Positions 20,374 to 28,879 of a stretch of DNA of 36,352 nucleotides are shown one piece after another. Both the position numbers and the translations under genes were made by a program. Position 1 is the stretch's first letter, and every line of letters begins with the position of its first letter. Source of the DNA: Micavibrio sp. GTDB taxonomy: Bacteria; Pseudomonadota; Alphaproteobacteria; Micavibrionales; CSBR16-224. The stretch is taken from the NCBI GenBank assembly GCA_027047045.1, contig JALTWL010000280.1:1-36352 (forward strand), read 5' to 3'. The notes below the pieces were generated by a model. The model made no database searches. It was not told the DNA's origin and worked only from the letters and a program-made list of their open reading frames with translations.

Positions 20374-21933
20374 ATGCTATCTACTATTGATAATTTAAAA
20401 AAACTCAAATCCCAAAATATATTTGATATACTTGTCATTGGTGGTGGAATTAACGGCAGCGGTATTGCCAGAGATGCAGCAGGTAGAGGACTAAAAACTC
20501 TACTTTGTGAAAAGAAAGATTGGGGTGCTGCTACATCTTCTGCAAGTACTAAGCTTATACATGGTGGACTTAGATATTTGGAAAGCTATGAATTTTCAAT
20601 GGTAAAATCTGCCTTAAATGAGCGAGAAATACTATATAAATCTGCCCCATATATGATTTTTCCTTTAAGGTTCGTTCTACCTCATAACAAGCAACAAAGA
20701 CCACGCTGGATAATTAGGGCGGGGCTTTTTTTGTATGACTATCTAGCAGGTAAAAATTCTAGCTTTCAAAAATCAAACTATATTAAATTCAATAATGACA
20801 TTTTAACAAAAGAATTTAAATATGGTTTTGTTTATACAGATTGTACTGTTGATGATGCAAGATTGGTTTTGTCTAATGTAGCTGATGCCAATAGTAGGGG
20901 GGCTTTGACCCTATCTAGAACTGAGATAAAATCTATTGAGGCAGTAAAAGAAAAAAATCTTTGGAAAGTTACTATTAGCTCTAAAATGCCTTGGCAAAAA
21001 AGGGCAAAAAAACACATAGTTCAAACAAGACTCATTGTTAATGCTGCGGGCTGTCATGTAAACGGTCTGTTACAGCAGTTTTTTAGCGATTTTACCCCCA
21101 AATATAATATGAGCTTAGTAAAAGGCAGCCATATAATAGTCCCAAAATTATACAATGCCAAACATGCATATATCCTACAAAATGATGATGGTAGAATAAT
21201 ATTTACTATACCATATGAAGATAAATATACTCTTATCGGCACAACGGATATTTTACTTAAAAAACTCCCCCCCAAAATTAAAATATCAGAAGAAGAAAAA
21301 CACTATTTATGTTCTGCTGTTAACCGATATTTTAACAATAAAATTACAAAGCAAGATATTATCTGGGACTTCAGTGGTGTGCGTCCGTTAATAGATGATG
21401 GCTCGGGTAAGGCGCAATCTGTTAGTCGGGACTATAAGCTAGATATATCTTATATAAATGACCGACCAATTTTAACAGTTTATGGCGGTAAAATAACAGG
21501 TTTTAGAAAGCTTGCAGAAAATGCTTTAGATAAAATTCTAAAAGATGTATTTGCCGACCAAAGTAAAGCCGCATGGACAAAAAATGCTAAAATATGGGGG
21601 GGGGATTTATCGGGAGCTGCAAATTTTGAAGTATTTTTAAATACATTAAAGCGAGAATTTTTTTGGCTTCCCGAAAAACTTATAAAAAGATATGCTAAAT
21701 CTTATGGTAGTAAAGTGAGAATTTTACTTAAAAATTGCTCTAACTTAGAAGATATGGGCAAGGATTTAGGCAATTTTATCTTTGAAAAAGAAATTGAATA
21801 TCTAATGCAATTTGAAGATGCAATGGCTTTAGAAGATATAATTTGGCGACGCTCAAAATTTGGGTTGCATATATCTGATAAGACTAAAGAAAATATAGAA
21901 AAATTTATTCAGCAAAATAGGGTTAAAAAATGA
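20374..21933 (+). CDS. glpD: Aerobic glycerol-3-phosphate dehydrogenase (FAD)
   Basis: FDILVIGGGINGSGIARDAAGRGLKTLLCEKKDWGAATSSASTKLIHGGLRYLE is the classic GlpD N-terminus. The C-terminal alpha-helical domain is present. The stop overlaps the glpK start (ATGA at 21930-21933). Confidence 0.9.
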   Translation: MLSTIDNLKKLKSQNIFDILVIGGGINGSGIARDAAGRGLKTLLCEKKDWGAATSSASTKLIHGGLRYLESYEFSMVKSALNEREILYKSAPYMIFPLRFVLPHNKQQRPRWIIRAGLFLYDYLAGKNSSFQKSNYIKFNNDILTKEFKYGFVYTDCTVDDARLVLSNVADANSRGALTLSRTEIKSIEAVKEKNLWKVTISSKMPWQKRAKKHIVQTRLIVNAAGCHVNGLLQQFFSDFTPKYNMSLVKGSHIIVPKLYNAKHAYILQNDDGRIIFTIPYEDKYTLIGTTDILLKKLPPKIKISEEEKHYLCSAVNRYFNNKITKQDIIWDFSGVRPLIDDGSGKAQSVSRDYKLDISYINDRPILTVYGGKITGFRKLAENALDKILKDVFADQSKAAWTKNAKIWGGDLSGAANFEVFLNTLKREFFWLPEKLIKRYAKSYGSKVRILLKNCSNLEDMGKDLGNFIFEKEIEYLMQFEDAMALEDIIWRRSKFGLHISDKTKENIEKFIQQNRVKK

Positions 21934-23408
21934 AAAAATATATACTTGCCATAGACCAAGGCACAACTTCCACTAGGGCAATAATCTTTGATGAAAATGC
22001 AAAAGCCGTAAGCTATGCTCAAAAAGAGCTCCACGTATTTTACCCAGAAAATGGCTGGGTTGAACAAGACGCACAAGATATATGGCAAGACACAAAATAT
22101 GTCTGTAAAAGAGCAGTTGAAAAAGCAGCCATTAAAGCAGATGAAATAGCAGCAATTGGTATTACAAATCAAAGAGAAACTATTATTCTATGGGACAAAG
22201 AAACAGGAAACCCAATTGGCAGAGCAATTGTTTGGCAGGACAGACGAACAAGCGGTTATTGTAAAGAACTTAAAGACGATGGTTTAGAGGAGCTTTTTCA
22301 ATCAAAAACAGGGCTTGTTTTAGACCCCTATTTTTCTGGAACTAAACTACATTGGTTATTAAAAAATAATACTGCCGCTGTTATGCGCGCCAAAGCGGAG
22401 GAGCTTTTATGTGGGACAATAGATACATATTTACTTTGGAAAATGACAGGTGGAAAGGTACATGCAACAGATGCGACTAACGCTAGCAGAACTATGCTTT
22501 ATAATATAAAAGAAGGAAAATGGGATAAAGAGCTTTTAGAAATATTAGAAATACCAGAACAAATATTGCCAGCTGTAAAAGATAGCAGCTGTATGTTCGG
22601 TACAACCAAAAAAGAATTTTTAGGAGTAGAAATTCCAATAACAGGCATCGCAGGCGATCAACATGCAGCCATGTTTGGGCAGGCATGTTTTAAAGAAGGT
22701 ATGGTAAAAGTTACCTATGGCACGGGCTGTTTTGCACTAAAAAATATTGGTAGTGAATTTAAACAATCAAAAAATAAATTACTCACAACAATTGCCTATC
22801 AACTAAATGGCAAGCCCGTTTATGCAATTGAAGGCTCTATATTTATTGCAGGGGCAGCAATACAATGGCTACGTGATGGTCTGCAGATTATTAAACATGC
22901 TGCTAAAACTGAGGAAATTGCAAAAAGAGTATCTGACAATGGTGGGGTTTACATGGTTCCTGCCTTTACTGGACTGGGTGCGCCTTATTGGGAGCCTAGC
23001 GCAAGAGCTGCCATTGTTGGTATGACCCGCGATGTTACTTATGAACATATAGTCAGAGCCGCCCTTGAAGCACAAGCATACCAAACAAAAGATTTACTTA
23101 ATGCTATGATGGAAGATAGCGGGCAAAAAATCTTTGAAATTAGGGTAGATGGAGGCATGGTAGAGAATAACTGGATGTGCCAATTTTTGGCTGATATGAC
23201 AGGCAATATTGTAAATAGACCACAAATCATTGAAACAACAGCACTTGGAGCGGCATATCTTGCAGGTTTGCATGTTGGACTTTACCAATCTCTGCAAGAA
23301 ATTGAGCAAAATTGGCAACTTTCTCGTAAGTTTGAGCCAAATATGAGTGAAGAAGAAAAAACAGAATTATACACAGGCTGGAAAAGAGCCATTGCCCGTG
23401 TTTTATAA
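21930..23408 (+). CDS. glpK: Glycerol kinase
   Basis: YILAIDQGTTSTRAIIFD, GITNQRETIILWDKETG, VWQDRRT, GIAGDQHAAMFGQ, KVTYGTGCF, VDGGMVENNWMCQF. Confidence 0.95.
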   Translation: MKKYILAIDQGTTSTRAIIFDENAKAVSYAQKELHVFYPENGWVEQDAQDIWQDTKYVCKRAVEKAAIKADEIAAIGITNQRETIILWDKETGNPIGRAIVWQDRRTSGYCKELKDDGLEELFQSKTGLVLDPYFSGTKLHWLLKNNTAAVMRAKAEELLCGTIDTYLLWKMTGGKVHATDATNASRTMLYNIKEGKWDKELLEILEIPEQILPAVKDSSCMFGTTKKEFLGVEIPITGIAGDQHAAMFGQACFKEGMVKVTYGTGCFALKNIGSEFKQSKNKLLTTIAYQLNGKPVYAIEGSIFIAGAAIQWLRDGLQIIKHAAKTEEIAKRVSDNGGVYMVPAFTGLGAPYWEPSARAAIVGMTRDVTYEHIVRAALEAQAYQTKDLLNAMMEDSGQKIFEIRVDGGMVENNWMCQFLADMTGNIVNRPQIIETTALGAAYLAGLHVGLYQSLQEIEQNWQLSRKFEPNMSEEEKTELYTGWKRAIARVL

Positions 23409-23577
23409 CTATTCTTAAAATATTTATACAAGTTAATATTTAAAGATTATTGATTGTAGAAATTATTCTGTAATATCATAGATATACCTCATGTGTTTTA
23501 CATAGCCTTATGGGCGGGTAGGGGGAGTTGCTTAAATTAACAATCTAAATAATTTTCAAGAGTAAATACAAATATTA

Positions 23578-24267
23578 CTATTTTACTAATTTTAAAAATT
23601 TATCTATATTCGCTAGTTCGTTTTTTATGCTTTTGTGCTTATTTTCTATTGCTGGGTCAAGCCCCCATTTTTTGCTTTGAAATATTTCTTCTAACATGGC
23701 AGCGTCAAATGCTTGCTCAATTGTTATATTACCTTTGGCAAATTCATAAGACACAACCGCAGAGCCTAAAAGAGAAATAGTAATTTGCATAGCAGTTAAA
23801 TGTGGCGCAGGTAAATTTTCTAGCAATTGAGTAAATTTTTCTAAATCCTCACAAGTTTGAACTGCGCTAGATATAGTTTTGGTGAAATTTAGCTTAATAG
23901 ATGTATCTTTTTCAAAAATATCGGCAATTGGTTGCCATTTTGCTATTTGTTGTTTATATAGCTCACCATCAGGGCTAACATAACATATAAGCTCGGTTTT
24001 AAGATATTCAGAAATTGCCTTTATAATCTCTGACTTTTTAGGCAAAATTTTATCTTGCCAAGTGTAAGCAATATTAGTAATTGGCATTGATTTTATATCA
24101 AGCTCATCTTTTTGTGCTTCCCATTCTGATTTTATTTCTTCTGCCAATTTTAAATTAGGAAGTGTAAGTATATTCATAAACGGTGTTTTAATAACCTTAC
24201 CATCTAGCATAACCGCATATTTACCATTATCTTCATTTATTGATACTATTTTATAAAATCTTTTCAT
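23578..24267 (-). CDS. ATP12-family F1-ATPase assembly chaperone
   Basis: RFYKIVSINEDNGKYAVMLDGKVIKTPFMNILTLPNLKLAEEIKSEWEAQKDELDIKSMPITNIA matches the ATP12/ATPAF2 N-terminal pattern (RFYK..LDGR..KTP..LP...LA..EW..Q). The start overlaps the upstream gene's stop (ATGA). Confidence 0.75.
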   Translation of the reverse strand: MKRFYKIVSINEDNGKYAVMLDGKVIKTPFMNILTLPNLKLAEEIKSEWEAQKDELDIKSMPITNIAYTWQDKILPKKSEIIKAISEYLKTELICYVSPDGELYKQQIAKWQPIADIFEKDTSIKLNFTKTISSAVQTCEDLEKFTQLLENLPAPHLTAMQITISLLGSAVVSYEFAKGNITIEQAFDAAMLEEIFQSKKWGLDPAIENKHKSIKNELANIDKFLKLVK

Positions 24268-25403
24268 TTTAATTTTTCCCCCACTAGCATATTAACACAA
24301 GCATTATTATCTTTAGAGCCTAATTTTAAAAATGGCAGTGCAAGCGCGGCGGGATTTACTGTTCCAAGCGCAATGCCCCCCAACTTTTTTAAAATACCAC
24401 CAGCCGTTGGGGTTATTTGAGGTTCTGCCCAACTGCCAGTAACATTAATGGGTGTTGCCATACTAAACAGGCTAGGATTTTTAGGCTTTGGGATAAATTT
24501 TAAGTTTAAATTGGACTTTGGAATATCAATTTCTCCCTTACCCTTAATTAAAACATTTTCTGTATCTATAATAATTTTTGTATCTGCAATGCCTGCTTTT
24601 ATATCAAACAATCCAACAGAACATATAACATTTGTTTGTTTGTTTTTGCTTGCAACTATATTTGTTAAAAAGTCAGACCCCCAAAGATCAATTATTCTAC
24701 CTTTAATTTTGCCTTTATCAGATTTAACTAAAATATTTCCATTTAGATTATTTAATATTTCATCTGCCCCCCGACCTTTAGATTTTAGACTTAAATGACC
24801 ATCAAAACCGCCTTTTGCATCTTTTAAAAATTCACTCCATTTAAAATTGCTAATTTTGCCATTTAAAGTTAACAGATAGCTGTTAGTATATTTAAGTGCT
24901 CCGTAAAAGCTAGCTCCAAATAATTTAAATGACAGCGGTTTTAGGGTTATATCGCCCTTGTTAAGATTAAAAGTAAATTTGGTAAAGTCAAATTTTTGCT
25001 CTCCTATTTGCAAGCCAATAATTTCTATATCTAGGGCTAAATTATTTTGAAAATCTTTTGTTTTTGCTAATTTTATTAGATTTTTTCCACCAATAATTAG
25101 AGTTTTTGCTTTTATTTCTGCTTGGTCTTTTGTGACAGCTTTAAGAGTTACATCATTTAGCACAAATCCAGGATTTCTAGGGTCAATAGTTGGTCTTATT
25201 TTGCCCTTTATAATTAAAGGTCTGCCAAGAGTTTTTTGGCTTTGCTCTGCGATAAATTTACTCCACTGACCAAAATCGCTAAAAAGCAGGAATGCTCCAA
25301 AAGCGATAAAAGCAAGAAATATAACTATTGCTAGTATTTTTATCAGGCGTTTTAATATTTTTATTTTAAAATTCAATATCTTACTCAGCATCAAAATAAC
25401 CAC
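24264..25403 (-). CDS. AsmA-family outer-membrane biogenesis protein (short form)
   Basis: N-terminal TM anchor followed by GRPLIIKGKIRPTIDPRNPGFVLNDVTLK, and a C-terminal IPKPKNPSLFSMATPINVTGSWAEPQITP segment typical of AsmA-like proteins. At 379 aa it is shorter than most AsmA proteins. Confidence 0.6.
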   Translation of the reverse strand: MVILMLSKILNFKIKILKRLIKILAIVIFLAFIAFGAFLLFSDFGQWSKFIAEQSQKTLGRPLIIKGKIRPTIDPRNPGFVLNDVTLKAVTKDQAEIKAKTLIIGGKNLIKLAKTKDFQNNLALDIEIIGLQIGEQKFDFTKFTFNLNKGDITLKPLSFKLFGASFYGALKYTNSYLLTLNGKISNFKWSEFLKDAKGGFDGHLSLKSKGRGADEILNNLNGNILVKSDKGKIKGRIIDLWGSDFLTNIVASKNKQTNVICSVGLFDIKAGIADTKIIIDTENVLIKGKGEIDIPKSNLNLKFIPKPKNPSLFSMATPINVTGSWAEPQITPTAGGILKKLGGIALGTVNPAALALPFLKLGSKDNNACVNMLVGEKLK

Positions 25404-26394
25404 TATTTTTTAAGTTATAGGGAAAATTAAACTTTGCCCAAGTTTTTGTCATATGCTCTGGAAGTGTAGCTGTTAGCTTAAGCTTTTTGGGAGATAACTC
25501 AAAAATAAGTTCTTGTGCGTGCAGATGTAATTTGGGCTCTGCTATTTGTAATATTTCTGCAAATCTTTGTTGTTGTTCTGCGCTTGCATATTTTTTATCC
25601 CCCAATATTGGACAGCCAATAATTGAGGCATGCACTCTTAATTGGTGAGTACGCCCAGTAAGTGGCTTAAAAATAATAAGGCAAAGCTTACTCCCCAGTT
25701 GTTCCACTACTTGATAGTAAGTTTTTGCATATTTGCCTTCTTCTTTGTCAACACTTATATATTCACCGTAAGATGCTTTTTGTTTTTTTAAAGGAGCAAT
25801 TATCTCACCACTTTCAAAGTCTGGTCTGCCAAGACACACAGCCCAATAATATTTTTCTACTTTTTGCTCTTTAAATATTTTGCCCAGTTTTCTAGCAATA
25901 TTTTCATCTTTTGCAAGTATCAATATACCTGAGGTTTCTTTATCTAGCCTATGGACTAGATGTGGTCTTGTTTTTTTTTGTTCTTTAAAATATGCAAAAA
26001 GCATACCGTCTAAATGCTGTGTTTGTTTGCTGCCCCCTTGAGTAGCAATACCATAGGGTTTGTTTAGAGCTACTATATTTTTATCTTCATAGATAACTGC
26101 TTTTTTTAAAATATTTCGCTCACCATCAGTTAATTTATAATTTTTTATTGGCGTTTTTTTTGCCTTTTGGCTGGCTGCCTCTAAATCTAGAGGAGGAATT
26201 CTAATTTTTTGCCCTGTTTGAATACGACTAGAGCCTTTAGCTCTTTTGCTATCAATTCTAATTTGTCCACTTCTAAGAAGTTTTTGTAAATGCCCAAATT
26301 TTAAATTTGGAAAATTAGCTAAAAACCATTTATCTAGCCTAATTCCATTATCTTTTGCTGTAACTTCTATTAACTGTGTTTTTGTTTTTTGCAT
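25381..26394 (-). CDS. RluA-family 23S rRNA pseudouridine synthase (RluC/RluD-like, with S4 domain)
   Basis: S4-like N-terminus (IRLDKWFLANFPNLKFGHLQKLLRSGQIRID), catalytic motif HRLDKETSGILILAKD, GRTHQLRVH. Confidence 0.88.
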   Translation of the reverse strand: MQKTKTQLIEVTAKDNGIRLDKWFLANFPNLKFGHLQKLLRSGQIRIDSKRAKGSSRIQTGQKIRIPPLDLEAASQKAKKTPIKNYKLTDGERNILKKAVIYEDKNIVALNKPYGIATQGGSKQTQHLDGMLFAYFKEQKKTRPHLVHRLDKETSGILILAKDENIARKLGKIFKEQKVEKYYWAVCLGRPDFESGEIIAPLKKQKASYGEYISVDKEEGKYAKTYYQVVEQLGSKLCLIIFKPLTGRTHQLRVHASIIGCPILGDKKYASAEQQQRFAEILQIAEPKLHLHAQELIFELSPKKLKLTATLPEHMTKTWAKFNFPYNLKNSGYFDAE

Positions 26395-26401
26395 ATTTTA
26401 C

Positions 26402-26779
26402 CTATATAATTATATATTTAGTTATACTATATCCTATAAATACAGCAATAATAGAGCCAATAACAGATGCTAATATATAAAATGCTGCCAAAGACATATC
26501 CCCATTTTGTATTAGTTTCATACTATCTAGTGAAAAGGCAGAAAAAGTCGTAAATCCACCAAGTAATCCTGAGGTTATAAATATCCTAGAGTTACTAGAT
26601 AATATATGAGTTGGCATAAATAAAAATATAGCAGCCACAATACCAATGATAAAAGAGCCAATGATATTAACGGCAATTGTGCCATACGGTATTTTTTCAT
26701 GGTCTAGTATTTCTAGTAGGGCTAGTCTAAAGACTGCTCCTGCTCCTCCTCCTAGAGCTACGGCTATATATACTAACAT
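26402..26779 (-). CDS. crcB: Fluoride ion channel CrcB/FluC
   Basis: 125-aa four-TM protein with GGGAGAVFR, GTIAVNIIGSFIIG and GLLGGFTTFSAFS motifs. Strong SD GGAGGTG 5 nt upstream of the ATG. Confidence 0.9.
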   Translation of the reverse strand: MLVYIAVALGGGAGAVFRLALLEILDHEKIPYGTIAVNIIGSFIIGIVAAIFLFMPTHILSSNSRIFITSGLLGGFTTFSAFSLDSMKLIQNGDMSLAAFYILASVIGSIIAVFIGYSITKYIII

Positions 26780-26871
26780 TACTCACCTCCACTAGCTAAA
26801 TATTGACATATAACAACATTATGTGTTATATCTTCATTTTTCAAGCTATAAAATTATAAGAATTTATTATT

Positions 26872-27633
26872 ATGGAATCATTACTTGATAAAGATTTAGC
26901 CTATATTGTTATGAATGATAAGGGCGACTTATCTAAAATAAAAGATTTGTTAAAATGCGGGGCAAATCCTGTTGGATATAAGGACGATACTCATTATGGA
27001 GAAACTCCCTTTATTTATGCGGCTAGGAAAAATCGTGTAGATTTGTTAGAAATATTTTTAGAACACGGGACAGATATTAACTCAATGGATAATGCTGGCG
27101 ATACAGCTCTTATTGCCTCTATTTTTGCTGAGTCAAAGGAAGCTTTTGACTTTTTAATGGAAAATAAAGCTAACTTTAACTTATCTAACAAAGAATCTAA
27201 AACTGCTTTGCTTGTTGCGACTGACTTAAATTTAGAATATTTTTCTCTACAACTAATTATGGCAGGCGCAGATGTTAATGCTCACGATGATGATTATAAT
27301 TCTCCTTTAATAGTTACAGCATTTCATGGAAATATAGATATAGCAACTGCTTTGCTTTCTCACGGGGCGGATTTGAGCTTTACCGATTCTTTTGAACATT
27401 CTGCAGCAGACGTAGCAAAACAACGAAAACAAGATAAATTTATTGAATTTTTAGAAAAGTGGAAATTGCAATCTACAGAAATCAGGGCTGAATATTTAGA
27501 TAAAGAAAAAAAAGAAAAACTAAAAAAACAGGAAAAACTGCAAGAACAGAAAAGACAAAATAGACAACAAATAATAGAAAATAAACACAGCTTATTTAGA
27601 CGTCATATTATGGGACATAAAAGACAGCTCTAG
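26872..27633 (+). CDS. Ankyrin-repeat protein with Lys/Glu/Gln-rich basic C-terminal tail
   Basis: At least 4-5 ANK repeats (GETPFIYAARKNRVDLLEIFLEHGTDINSMDNAGDTALIASI; NSPLIVTAFHGNIDIATALLSHGADLSF). The tail reads KEKKEKLKKQEKLQEQKRQNRQQ..RRHIMGHKRQL. No signal peptide. Confidence 0.85.
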   Translation: MESLLDKDLAYIVMNDKGDLSKIKDLLKCGANPVGYKDDTHYGETPFIYAARKNRVDLLEIFLEHGTDINSMDNAGDTALIASIFAESKEAFDFLMENKANFNLSNKESKTALLVATDLNLEYFSLQLIMAGADVNAHDDDYNSPLIVTAFHGNIDIATALLSHGADLSFTDSFEHSAADVAKQRKQDKFIEFLEKWKLQSTEIRAEYLDKEKKEKLKKQEKLQEQKRQNRQQIIENKHSLFRRHIMGHKRQL

Positions 27634-27802
27634 TTAAAAATCACACTAAATTTTTATAAAAACTATATAAAATTTGTATAGTTTTATATTTGTATCCTAA
27701 TGAAATTTAATCATTTATTATTGCTATCAAGGTAATATTTTAGAATATGTGTTTGTTTTGACAAGGCATATATTTGATTCGTTTTTTAAGTAAGGTTTTT
27801 AG

Positions 27803-28333
27803 ATGTTAGGGTTATTGAACAAATGGCAAAAGGATAAAACTGGGGCAACAGCAATTGAGTTTGCGTTGGTTGGTATTCCATTTTTCATGATTTTAATTGG
27901 TACTTTAGAAACGATGCTTTTTTTTGCGGCTGGTACTACTCTTGAAGGGGCGGCACAATCGGCGTCAAGGATTATAAGAACAGGGCAGGCGCAAGAATCT
28001 GCTGATGCTGAATCTATGTTTAGAGATACTCTTTGTGAGCAAATAGGTGGGCTGGTCAATTGTGATAACGTACAATATGAGGTAATTGAAATTCCAAATG
28101 ATAGTTTTGCAGGGGTTGCATCATTTCCCCCCAGTTTTGATGAAGATGGCAACTTAGAAAGCCAAGGTTTTGCTGCTGGCGGGGTTGAAAGTGTTATTTT
28201 AATTAGGCTTGTTTATAACTATGACTTTATAACGCCATTTTTAGGCTCTTTTATGGACGGTGGATTGGGTGGTGGCTCTTACCGACATATGGCAACTGTA
28301 GTAATTAGGAATGAACCTTATGCTTTTGAATAG
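27803..28333 (+). CDS. tadE: TadE-like Flp-pilus pseudopilin
   Basis: TadE N-terminal signature KDKTGATAIEFALVGIPFFMILIGTLETMLFF. No obvious SD, so the exact start is uncertain. Confidence 0.72.
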   Translation: MLGLLNKWQKDKTGATAIEFALVGIPFFMILIGTLETMLFFAAGTTLEGAAQSASRIIRTGQAQESADAESMFRDTLCEQIGGLVNCDNVQYEVIEIPNDSFAGVASFPPSFDEDGNLESQGFAAGGVESVILIRLVYNYDFITPFLGSFMDGGLGGGSYRHMATVVIRNEPYAFE

Positions 28334-28859
28334 TAACTTAAACATATTAAAGCGTTGGTTGTTGGATAAAAAAGGTAATGTTGTTGTAGAAACTGCCTTT
28401 ATTTTTCCAATATTACTAACCATGCTTATGGGCTCTATTGATATTGGTATGGGGCTTTTGGTTAATAAAAAGGTTATCTCGGCTGCCCATATAACGGCCG
28501 ATTTAATTGCAAGAGAAGAAAGCCTAAATGATACAGAGCTTGATAATTATATAGAAGCTGCAAGACTAGCCATGCAGCCATATTCTTTAGATAGTTTTGG
28601 CATAGATATAGTTGGGATAAGATTTATAGATGAGGAAGAAGAGCCAGAAGTCCAATGGAGAGATACAGTAAATATGGCTCCCATAGATGGAATAGAAGAA
28701 AGAGCAGACGGGCTTGGCAAAAAGGACGATGGGGTTGTTGCGGTAACTGTTGAATATACGTTTACTCCACAATTTTCAGATATTATTACAGGTGCAATTG
28801 AAATGCAGGAAACGGCTTTTGTTAAAGGAAGAATTACTTCCTTTGTGCAAAGAGAATAA
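28311..28859 (+). CDS. Second TadE/TadF-like pseudopilin
   Basis: DKKGNVVVETAFIFPILLTMLMGSIDIGMGLL resembles the TadE-type N-terminal hydrophobic segment with conserved Glu. Overlaps the preceding gene by 23 nt. Alternative in-frame starts exist at 28320 and beyond. Confidence 0.6.
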   Translation: MNLMLLNSNLNILKRWLLDKKGNVVVETAFIFPILLTMLMGSIDIGMGLLVNKKVISAAHITADLIAREESLNDTELDNYIEAARLAMQPYSLDSFGIDIVGIRFIDEEEEPEVQWRDTVNMAPIDGIEERADGLGKKDDGVVAVTVEYTFTPQFSDIITGAIEMQETAFVKGRITSFVQRE

Positions 28860-28879
28860 ATTTTAGGGGTTTTAAAATT

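Noticed and set aside
17015-23318. Shadow ORFs inside the EAL, kinase, CheY, glpD and glpK genes: 17015-17359, 19189-19482, 19999-20187, 20832-21275, 21909-22172 and 22492-23318.
   Set aside because: The same reasoning applies. They are antisense or out of frame relative to well-supported genes and have no motifs.
23409-23577. 169-bp convergent gap between glpK and the ATP12 gene, containing a G-rich patch (GGGCGGGTAGGGGGAG). I checked it for a tRNA, small RNA or terminator.
   Set aside because: I could find no cloverleaf elements (no GTTCGAATC-like T-arm), no convincing hairpin plus U-tract, and no repeats.
27659-27685. 9-bp perfect inverted repeat AAAACTATA-N9-TATAGTTTT just after the ankyrin gene stop. 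I considered it as an intrinsic terminator.
   Set aside because: The stem has only one G:C pair, the loop is 9 nt and no proper U-tract follows. Repeats of this kind are expected by chance in DNA this AT-rich.
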